Assembly: GCF_008065095.1 (NCBI RefSeq)
Contig: NZ_CP042911.1
Span: forward strand, 5,820,001-5,852,000
Source of the DNA: Gemmata obscuriglobus
GTDB taxonomy: Bacteria; Planctomycetota; Planctomycetia; Gemmatales; Gemmataceae
Direction: 5' to 3'
Length of the DNA stretch: 32,000 bases
Shown: one piece after another, positions 1 through 7,393 of the stretch
Layout of the letters: the number at the start of each line of letters is the position of its first letter
Position numbering within the stretch: position 1 is the stretch's first letter
Notes under the pieces: generated by a model
What the model was told of the DNA's origin: nothing
Database searches by the model: none
The model's input: the letters and a program-made list of their open reading frames with translations, nothing else
Made by a program: the position numbers and the translations under genes

Positions 1-1
1 G

Positions 2-514
2 CTGCGGCGGGACCGGGCGCGGACCAAGATCCTGCGGATCTCGCAGTTCGGGCTGATCGAGATGACCCGGCAGCGCATCCGGCCGAGCCTGAAGCGCAGC
101 ATCTTCGCGGACTGCCCGCACTGCCGCGGGAACGGGTTCGTGAAGACCTCCGAGAGCCTGGCCATCGAGGTGATGCGGCTGCTGCACCTCGCGGCGCACC
201 GCGCCCCGGCGGTGCAACTGGTGCAGGTGGCGGTCCACACGGACGCGGCCAGCTACCTGCTCAACAAGAAGCGCAAGGAGATCGCGGCGCTGGAAGAGCG
301 CGGCAAGCTCGAGGTGAACATCACCGGGCAGCCCGGCATCTCGCCGGAGGCGCTCACGATCCGGTGCTTCGACCACAACGGGAACGAGGTGCGGCTGCTG
401 CCGCCGGCCCCGCTGCCGAAGCTGAGCGCCGGCCGCATCCCGCCGCGCGACGACCGCCGCAGCGGGGGCGGGCGCGAGGACCGCGGCGCCCGATACCCGC
501 GCCCGCTCGATTGA
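2..514 (+). CDS. Ribonuclease E/G family protein, C-terminal part (5' end lies outside the window)
   Basis: The frame is open to the window edge. The translation LRRDRARTKILRISQFGLIEMTRQRIRPSL...CPHCRGNGFVKTSESLAIEVMRLL matches the conserved RNase E/G region with the CPxCxG zinc-link motif. It ends in an Arg-rich tail. Confidence 0.75.
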   Translation: MRRDRARTKILRISQFGLIEMTRQRIRPSLKRSIFADCPHCRGNGFVKTSESLAIEVMRLLHLAAHRAPAVQLVQVAVHTDAASYLLNKKRKEIAALEERGKLEVNITGQPGISPEALTIRCFDHNGNEVRLLPPAPLPKLSAGRIPPRDDRRSGGGREDRGARYPRPLD

Positions 515-586
515 TCGCGGGCCGTGCCGGTCGTATCCTGGAGCCCGTTGCGGCGCCACGATACGACCGGTCTTACGGAGCACCCC

Positions 587-1165
587 GTGACCGACCTCTC
601 CGACACCTGGGATCGTATCCACCACTGGCTCGCCGCGCACGCCCCGGCCGTGCTGGCGAGCCTCGCACCTCCCGCCACCGACGAGCAGTTCCGCCAAGTT
701 GAAAGCGTCACGGGCACCGCGTTACCCGAACACGTCAAAGCGTGCTACCGCGTTCACAACGGTCAGGCCCCGTTTCACCGCGCGCCGGCATTCCTGTACG
801 GGCACCGGTGGCACGGACTCGCGGACATGGCGGACTACTGGGAAACGCTTCACAGCCTGCGCGGCGAGTTCGCGGAGGTGCGTGGGGCGCCACGCGGGCC
901 GATCCGCAAGGACTGGTGGCACCGCAAGTGGCTCCCCCTTACCCGCGACGGCGCGGGCGACCTGCACTGCCTGGACCTGTTCCCGCCGAAGCGCGGGCAC
1001 GTCGGCCAGGTCATTTACTGGTACCACGACGAGAGCGAACGGTTCGTCGTGGCGAACAGTCTGCCCGCGTGGCTCGCACTGTTCGCCGCCGAACTCGAAC
1101 GCGGCGAGTTCACCACCGCACCGGACACGCACGGCCCCGGGCTGGTCCGTGTCCGCGATCTGTGA
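587..1165 (+). CDS. SMI1/KNR4 (SUKH-1) family protein
   Basis: Motifs WDRIHHWLAAHAP, ATDEQFRQVESVTGTALPEHVKACYRVHNGQ and WLPLTRDGAGDLHCLDL fit the SMI1/KNR4 pattern. I chose GTG 587, which has GGAG 7 nt upstream, over the ORF-track GTG 524. Confidence 0.65.
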   Translation: MTDLSDTWDRIHHWLAAHAPAVLASLAPPATDEQFRQVESVTGTALPEHVKACYRVHNGQAPFHRAPAFLYGHRWHGLADMADYWETLHSLRGEFAEVRGAPRGPIRKDWWHRKWLPLTRDGAGDLHCLDLFPPKRGHVGQVIYWYHDESERFVVANSLPAWLALFAAELERGEFTTAPDTHGPGLVRVRDL

Positions 1166-1179
1166 TTCCGGAGTTGCCG

Positions 1180-2253
1180 ATGGATACGACCGAACCGATC
1201 CGGTTAACGAAACTCGCGAAGCGGGCCGGGTGCGCCGCAAAACACCCGCCGGGTTTCCTGCTGCCCCTGCTGGGGATGCTGCCGCCGATCACGGACCCGA
1301 ACGTGCTGGTCGGCAGTGCCACCGCCGACGACGCGGCCATTTATAAGTTGTCGCCGGATCTGGCGCTGGTCCTCACCACCGATTTCTTCACGCCCATCGT
1401 CGACGCGCCCCGCGACTTCGGCCGGGTGGCGGCGGCGAACGCGCTGTCCGACGTGTACGCGATGGGCGGCAAACCCACAGCGGCGCTGAGCATCGTGGGG
1501 TTTCCGGACTCGCTCCCCGCGGCGGTGCTGGGCGAGATCCTTGCCGGCGCATCCGCAGTCGCGGCCGAGGCGGGAATCGCCATCGTCGGCGGGCACACCA
1601 TCAAGAGTGAGGAGCCGATTTTCGGCCTCGCGGTGGTCGGCACGGTTCACCCCGACCGCGTGTTGAGCAACGCGGGGGCGAAACCGGGCGACGTACTCGT
1701 TCTCACCAAGCCGCTCGGGTTGGGCATCATTTCGACGGCCGCGAAGAACGATCAGGACACGCGCGGGGCGATTGCCGACGCGATTCGGGTCATGACGACA
1801 CTCAACCGCACGGCCGCGGAGGTGCTCACGCAGTTCGAGGTCCACGCCCTCACCGACGTAACGGGGTTCGGGCTGTTGGGGCATTTGCGAAACGTGACGG
1901 CAGCGAGCGGCGTGACCGCAGAGGTGTTCGCGTCGCGCGTTCCGGTGCTGGACGCCGCACGCGAGTACGTGAAAGCCGGGATCGCACCCGGCGGAACACG
2001 AGCCAACGCAAAATTCCTCGCCGACTGGGTCGAGTTCGCGCCCGAGGTTCCGCCGGAAGAGCAACTGCTGTTGTGCGACGCACAGACGTCCGGCGGCTTG
2101 CTCGCGGCCGTACCGGTAGCCGTCGCGGATGAGGTGATACGCGCACTCAATGCGGCCGGTGCGCTCGCAAGTGCGAACGTGGGCTGGATCACCGGACCGG
2201 GCCGCGGAACGATTCGTGTCCGACACGGGGCGGCAATCCAGAAAGGGCCATGA
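1180..2253 (+). CDS. selD: Selenide, water dikinase SelD (Cys-type)
   Basis: The protein starts at ATG 1180 with MDTTEPIRLTKLAKRAGCAAKHPP (active-site Cys/Lys loop). It continues with DDAAIYKL..LTTDFFTPIVDAPRDFGRVAAANALSDVYAMGGKP and GGHTIKSEEPIFGLAVVG. The upstream 146 aa of the ORF-track entry overlap the SMI1 gene and are Arg/Pro junk. Confidence 0.9.
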   Translation: MDTTEPIRLTKLAKRAGCAAKHPPGFLLPLLGMLPPITDPNVLVGSATADDAAIYKLSPDLALVLTTDFFTPIVDAPRDFGRVAAANALSDVYAMGGKPTAALSIVGFPDSLPAAVLGEILAGASAVAAEAGIAIVGGHTIKSEEPIFGLAVVGTVHPDRVLSNAGAKPGDVLVLTKPLGLGIISTAAKNDQDTRGAIADAIRVMTTLNRTAAEVLTQFEVHALTDVTGFGLLGHLRNVTAASGVTAEVFASRVPVLDAAREYVKAGIAPGGTRANAKFLADWVEFAPEVPPEEQLLLCDAQTSGGLLAAVPVAVADEVIRALNAAGALASANVGWITGPGRGTIRVRHGAAIQKGP

Positions 2254-2468
2254 AAACGGCCGCTGGCCGAGCGAATTTACGGACTCCCGTAGAACCCGAT
2301 TCCCTGTCACAACCCGTTCATCCGGCCCCGCGAGTGCGGCCGCGTAGCCGGATGAACGGGCGTGCGAAATGAGCCCCAAAAATCCGCGCTCGGCGACCGA
2401 ATAGGATCGAGTGGCGAGTCGCGCCTGCGGCACCGGGTTGCCGGCGCGATCGCCGTTCGGAAACCGTT

Positions 2469-4433
2469 ATGCTCTCCGTTACCAAACGACTGGCACGACC
2501 ACCCCTGCCCCGCTTGCCCCTTCGGCTTGCGGCTCTCTTGCTCCTGGTCGCCGCTCACCCCGCATCCGCTGCCGACCTCGCGCCGGGAGCGCCGCCCCTC
2601 ACCCAGGACCTCGCCGACCTGCGCCGGGACGCGGTTGAGGTGTCGCTCGACATTCAGTTCACCGCCCGTCAGCTCCGCGAGCACCAGCGGCTGTACGCGT
2701 GGCACTGGAAGTACGCCACCGCCGACCGCCAAAAGGCCGAGGCCGCGTTCCTGCCGGCCTTCCGCGGGGCCTTCGAGAAGACGGACGCGGACCGCAAGGC
2801 GCTGCGGGAAAAACACCGGGCGGCCCTGCTGGCCGAGGCCAAGGAGCGGGCCGAAAAGGGGAGCCCGTACCACCGCTGGCTGCTCGCGACGGCGGACCGC
2901 GCGGCCGAGGTCATCGCGGCGGGGCCGCCGCCCCTGCGCCGCGACGCCCTTGAGAACACCCTGGAGTTCATCCAGTGGGTGCTCCGGATGCAGCTCACCG
3001 TCCGCCAACAAGAAGAGTTCTTGCGGCTGGTGCCGGCGGAGTGGAACCGGGACACGGCGAAGGCCGACCGCGAGACCATCATCAACGAGTTCCTCCCCGT
3101 CTACCGCAAGGTGGTGCGGCTCGCGCCGGGAGACCGGACGGCCGTCCGCAACATGGCCGAGCCGCTGCTCCTCGATGCGCTCAAGAAGCCCGAGACGCCA
3201 CTCGACCGCTGGCTGGCCGGCGCGCACGCCGAGGCGAACAAGGTTCTGGCCGCTGGCCCGCCCGACGCGCTGACCGCCGGGGCCACCGACCAACAAGCGG
3301 ACTTCTACGACTGGGCGCTGGGGCTGCGGCTGGCGGACGACACGCGCGCCGAACTCCGCAAGCTGATCGTTCAGGACTGGACGACGATCGAATCGACGCG
3401 CCGGGGCACACTCGACACGGCCCGGCTCATGGACGACCCGCCGGGCGGCGGGGCCGGCGAGCTGAGCCGCCTCCGGGACCGGGCCAGCACGCTGCTGTTC
3501 GTGTGCGGGCAGCCGAAGAACGTGGTCAACCGCGCGACGATGGACGTGTACCGAAAGGCCCACCCCGGGGTGGAAGCCCCGATTCTGCCAGACAGTCGGA
3601 AGGTGCTGGCGGACGGCGCCCCGCCACTGACCGAGGGCGAGGCCGAGTGCTCCCGGATGTGCTTCGAGTGGCTGTTCGGGTTCACGTTCACCGCCGACCA
3701 GCGGGCCGCGTTCCGCAAGACGCAGCTCGACGAGTGGGCACGCAAGGATAAGGCCTCGATGGAGGGGACGCTGGACAACGCGTTCCTGTACACGCAGCTC
3801 ATGTGGCTCACGCCGGAGGACCGCGAACTGGTGCGTGCGTTCACCCTTCCGGACTTCTTGAAGGTGATGCGCGAGACCAAGGATACGGACCCGGGGAACA
3901 AGTGGTTGTTGGAGCAGTACGAGGCCCGGTACCCGTCGCTCGTGAAGGGCAAACCCGGCCCGACGCAGGCCGACGCGGACGCGCTGGGCGAGCTGTTACG
4001 GTTCCAGACGCGGGAGGTCACCGGCGGGGACGCCGGCGCCGCCGAAAAAGTGGCGACCGTGGCGGTCGAGAAAGTGAAGTCGGGCGTCGGCGCGGTACAC
4101 GAAGTGACCGGCGCGGCCCAGCAGCTCGCCCTGATCCGTTACGCCTGGCCCACGCTCAACGAGGCGGACCGCCAAGAACTCCGCGACCGCTGGGCGGACA
4201 GCCTGCGACCGCTGGGCGTGAACCCCAAACTGGCGGTGTGGCAGGCCACTCCGTCCCCGGCCCGGGAAATCGACTCGGTGGCGGCGTGGCGGGCGCTTCA
4301 AGCGCAGCAGCAGAACACCGCCATGATCAGCAACATGCTCCGGATGCAGCACCAGACCAACATGACCATCATCCGGAACATGGGCAGCACCCCGTACCGG
4401 TACGAGTACAAGTACGAGTACCGCCGGCGGTAG
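2469..4433 (+). CDS. Secreted hypothetical protein built from 4-5 tandem ~112-120 aa modules, with a Tyr/Arg-rich C-terminal tail
   Basis: The N-terminal signal peptide is LRLAALLLLVAAHPASA|AD. Module starts recur at G(A/P)PPL: aa 40, 152, 263, 383, and a weaker one at 497. The protein ends in YRYEYKYEYRRR. No family was recognised. Confidence 0.7.
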   Translation: MLSVTKRLARPPLPRLPLRLAALLLLVAAHPASAADLAPGAPPLTQDLADLRRDAVEVSLDIQFTARQLREHQRLYAWHWKYATADRQKAEAAFLPAFRGAFEKTDADRKALREKHRAALLAEAKERAEKGSPYHRWLLATADRAAEVIAAGPPPLRRDALENTLEFIQWVLRMQLTVRQQEEFLRLVPAEWNRDTAKADRETIINEFLPVYRKVVRLAPGDRTAVRNMAEPLLLDALKKPETPLDRWLAGAHAEANKVLAAGPPDALTAGATDQQADFYDWALGLRLADDTRAELRKLIVQDWTTIESTRRGTLDTARLMDDPPGGGAGELSRLRDRASTLLFVCGQPKNVVNRATMDVYRKAHPGVEAPILPDSRKVLADGAPPLTEGEAECSRMCFEWLFGFTFTADQRAAFRKTQLDEWARKDKASMEGTLDNAFLYTQLMWLTPEDRELVRAFTLPDFLKVMRETKDTDPGNKWLLEQYEARYPSLVKGKPGPTQADADALGELLRFQTREVTGGDAGAAEKVATVAVEKVKSGVGAVHEVTGAAQQLALIRYAWPTLNEADRQELRDRWADSLRPLGVNPKLAVWQATPSPAREIDSVAAWRALQAQQQNTAMISNMLRMQHQTNMTIIRNMGSTPYRYEYKYEYRRR

Positions 4434-4548
4434 TGTTTGGTCGCAGACCAGTTCACCAACAGCGTGCCGATACAGCGTTAGAGCGCATGGCCGAATAAGC
4501 CCCACTCCGAGAGGCGCGGCCAGCCCGAGACAAGGGCGCTGAAAACAC

Positions 4549-4616
4549 TTTGACAGGATCGACAGGATAAACAGGATTTCAAATTGATCTGTCTTCATCC
4601 TGTCGATCCTGTCAAA
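4549..4616. repeat. 68-bp palindrome: perfect 20-bp inverted repeat TTTGACAGGATCGACAGGAT (4549-4568 / 4597-4616) around a 28-nt partly palindromic spacer
   Basis: Read directly from the sequence. Each arm carries tandem GACAGGAT units, with a third degenerate unit (AACAGGAT / ATCTGTCT) inside the spacer. It lies in the 470-bp gap between two + strand genes. Confidence 0.85.
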
Positions 4617-4903
4617 AGATGTCTTCATAAACATGATTTCCGCGTGGGCCGAAACGGGGCCACGACCAGCCGTCCATTCCGCCTCCGGTTCTTCTTTAAC
4701 TTGGCACCGGACCATTTTGCATCAGCAACCGGGAACGGGTTTCGACCGAGACATCCCGGAAAATTAACGCGCCGCCGCGCCAACACTTCAACCGCCGTTC
4801 CGGATCTGGCAATTGCCCTGTTGATGCACCCGGTTGCGGCGGCATGTCCGCTGTGATACGGTCAGGGCCGGTCGCCCGCCCTCCCACCTCATCGGAGTTC
4901 CCG

Positions 4904-5884
4904 ATGCTGCCGCGCCGGTTCCTCTGCCCGCTGCTCGCACTCGCCTCGGCCAGTCTGCTCGCCCTCGCGAGCGGGCAGGCCCAGGACACAAAGGACGTGA
5001 AGAAAAAGGACACCAAGAAGGAAGAGAAGAAGCTCCCAACGCCTGCGATCCCGCCCACCGCGGCGGGCGTGAAGTACGGCCCGGACGAGCGCAACGTGCT
5101 CGATTTCTGGCAGGCCAAGTCCGATGCGCCCACGCCGCTGGTGCTCTGCATCCACGGCGGCGGCTGGGTCAACGGCGACAAGAGCAGCTACTACGGCAGC
5201 GTGAAGGGGTACCTCGATAAGGGCATCTCGGTGGCCACCATCAACTACCGGCTGATGGCCCAAGCGAACGCGCAAAAGGTCACCCCGCCGGTGAAAGCCC
5301 CGCTCGAAGACGCGGCGCGTGCCCTCCAGTTCGTGCGGTCGAAGGCGGGCGACTGGAACATCGACAAGAAGAAGATCGGCGCGACCGGCGGGTCCGCGGG
5401 CGCGTGCTCGTCGCTGTGGCTCGCGTTCCACGACGACATGGCCGACCCCAAGAGCGCTGACCCCGTGGCGCGCGAGTCCACCCGCCTCTACTGCGCCGCG
5501 GTGAACGGCGCCCAGGTGTCGCTGGACCCGAAGGTGGTGCGCGAGTGGATTCCGAACTACACCTACGGCGCGCACGCCTTCGGGATGAAGAACCTGGACG
5601 AGGTGGAGCAGAACCGCGACAAACTCGCGGGTTGGATCAAGGAGTACTCGCCCATCGAGCACGTGACGAAGGACGATCCGCCCATCGGGCTGTATTACGC
5701 CGGTCCGAAGGAGCCGAAACCGGGTGAGAAGGACGCGGACCCGACCCACTCTCCGACCCTGGGGATCAAACTGGCAGAGAAGCTCAAGGCCACCGGCGTT
5801 GATGTCGTGTACCATTCGGCCGCCGAACCGAACGCGAAACTCCCCACCTCGCAGGCGTACCTGATCGACCGTCTCAAGAAGTGA
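4904..5884 (+). CDS. Secreted alpha/beta hydrolase (esterase/lipase type, Abhydrolase_3 / BD-FAE-like)
   Basis: ATG 4904 gives the signal peptide MLPRRFLCPLLALASASLLALASGQA, followed by a Lys-rich linker. The oxyanion motif is LCIHGGGWVNGDK and the nucleophile elbow is GATGGSAGA (GxSxG). Confidence 0.8.
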   Translation: MLPRRFLCPLLALASASLLALASGQAQDTKDVKKKDTKKEEKKLPTPAIPPTAAGVKYGPDERNVLDFWQAKSDAPTPLVLCIHGGGWVNGDKSSYYGSVKGYLDKGISVATINYRLMAQANAQKVTPPVKAPLEDAARALQFVRSKAGDWNIDKKKIGATGGSAGACSSLWLAFHDDMADPKSADPVARESTRLYCAAVNGAQVSLDPKVVREWIPNYTYGAHAFGMKNLDEVEQNRDKLAGWIKEYSPIEHVTKDDPPIGLYYAGPKEPKPGEKDADPTHSPTLGIKLAEKLKATGVDVVYHSAAEPNAKLPTSQAYLIDRLKK

Positions 5885-6139
5885 CGCCGGTTCTCATCCG
5901 GCTCTCGGCCCCCGGCCTGTGCGAACGGGCGGGGGCGTCTGCGCTCAGCACATCGACGCTGGCACTATCGCAGTTCCAGCCATTTTTACGTTCACGCTGC
6001 ATGATCCAATTGGTCCGGCGCTCCGGGCCGTGACACCGCATCTGACGCGAGCGCCCCCGCACCGTCCGTGCCATCAGTCCTGTAGGGGCCAAACCCGCGA
6101 CCCCGATTGACCGGACCACGCGCTTCCCGGCGAGTGCCC

Positions 6140-6191
6140 GTTCACGGGCGAAGACGGTGCGCACAACAGAGGACCGTCTTCGCCCGTGAAC
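6140..6191. repeat. Perfect 19-bp inverted repeat GTTCACGGGCGAAGACGGT (6140-6158 / 6173-6191) with a 14-nt loop
   Basis: Read directly from the sequence. It lies in gene-poor DNA about 250 nt downstream of the hydrolase stop. No T-tract follows on either strand. Confidence 0.8.
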
Positions 6192-6552
6192 CAGCCCCGG
6201 GAACAACGACTTCGCGGTGAGTTGTGGCCGAAACCGGTTCGGGTGACTTGCTGGCTTCCGCTGGGACAGAGGTCACTCGCACCCGCGGCTGATGGGGCAT
6301 CGACTGGACAAGTGCTACCGACCGACTGGTCATTCGCTGGGTGGTTGCTACCAACGAATCGCCTAGTTGAAACCTCTGGCGGCGAGTTTCGGGCCGCTCG
6401 GAGTTGATACACGGCGATCAGGAGATATGAAGCAACATGATTTTGCAAAATGACTTGCAACGAATGCCCTATTGTGATGGTCGTTCCGCACGGGCCGCTT
6501 TGCTCGGCCCGAATGCCACGCGACACGGGTTTGCGAACGACAAACTCGCTGG

Positions 6553-6583
6553 CTTATTGCTCATCTACCGGATGAGCAATAAG
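6553..6583 (-). terminator. Hairpin CTTATTGCTCATC-TACCG-GATGAGCAATAAG (13-bp perfect stem), possible terminator of the minus-strand zinc-ribbon ORF
   Basis: It starts 9 nt after the stop of ORF 6592..7071 on the minus strand. Only a weak T-run (GTTTG) follows the stem. Confidence 0.35.
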
Positions 6584-6591
6584 ACCCGAAA

Positions 6592-7071
6592 TCAGATGGC
6601 GGTGTCCGGTGACGCGCTGGGTTCTGCATACTTTTGCTCAGCCCGCCACGCTGCAGTTAACGCGCTCCATGAACTGGCGACGTGTAGCAGCGACAGCAGT
6701 CGCTCAGCATGCCGGGGAACTTGTACCCCGGCGAGTACCGCGGCCGTCGTTCTGTCTGGAGAGCCCAGCCGTCCGACGGCACGCCTGATGAGCCGCGAGA
6801 TCAACCGCGAGGCTTGTACCTGTGGGGCGCGAAAGGTTGGCGGATTCTGGACGCGCTTGGCCCGGACGGCGGAAGCTACCTCACTCTTCGGCTCACGGCC
6901 TTTCGTCGGGAACCAGAGCAAATGGCCGCACGACGGGCACGGAGCATCCAGCGCCGGATTCGAAGGCTCGACCTTGCAGCGCTGGCCGCACACGACGCAA
7001 CGGTTCGAATCGCCTTCCGGTGTACGGGACGAAATCGACACCGCTTGCCCCCCCGGGACACAAAAGGACAT
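6592..7071 (-). CDS. Hypothetical zinc-ribbon protein
   Basis: It has an ATG start. A CxxC-x17-CxxC unit (CVVCGQRCKVEPSNPALDAPCPSCGHLLWF) is encoded with the GC-rich third positions typical of this genome. The C-terminal half has weaker codon bias. A hairpin follows immediately downstream. Confidence 0.4.
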   Translation of the reverse strand: MSFCVPGGQAVSISSRTPEGDSNRCVVCGQRCKVEPSNPALDAPCPSCGHLLWFPTKGREPKSEVASAVRAKRVQNPPTFRAPQVQASRLISRLIRRAVGRLGSPDRTTAAVLAGVQVPRHAERLLSLLHVASSWSALTAAWRAEQKYAEPSASPDTAI

Positions 7072-7393
7072 TCAACTTTCGATAGCGATGATGACTGAGA
7101 CAGTCCGTCAACGGGATCTCGCTCGGAATCTGCTGTGGCCGAACTCCTGTCGGCAGAAAGTAAACGCCAGATGTGCGGACAGCAACTGCGTCATCGTCGC
7201 GGCCGTCATTTGGTGGGTTTGTGCGCTCCCACCACCTGCGTAAGGCGTTTGCGCTGTGCAACCGCACTCTCCGGCCGGCCTCGTCTGTCGTTCGCCCGAA
7301 ATGCCTCTTTCTTCACGGCCCCGGTGCGCGGTATCCTCTTTCTATCCTACCTGCCTTCTCGCGCTCAGCTCTCCCGCGGAGACCGCCTCCACT

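Noticed and set aside
742-1179. N-terminal extension of the selD ORF (the 503-aa track entry) overlapping the SMI1/KNR4 gene. The same applies to the extensions 7256-7393, 11422-11544, 15375-15575 and 23193-23861.
   Set aside because: The extensions translate to Arg/Pro-rich junk and overlap better-supported genes or lack signal. Internal starts give canonical N-termini (signal peptides, the SelD N-terminus, the IS66 Orf2 start).
1180-2253. Possible selenocysteine (in-frame TGA) in SelD.
   Set aside because: The active-site loop reads GCAAK with an ordinary Cys codon, and the frame has no internal TGA. It is a Cys-type SelD.
4549-4616. The ACAGGAT repeats as a possible mini-CRISPR array.
   Set aside because: The units are only 7-8 nt, arranged as a palindrome without spacers of CRISPR size, and no cas genes are present in the window.
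6437-7243. The 268-aa + strand ORF overlapping the zinc-ribbon ORF.
   Set aside because: Its composition is Ser/Arg/Cys/Ala-rich with no motifs and poor third-position GC. The opposite strand carries a recognisable CxxC...CxxC unit with host-like codon bias.
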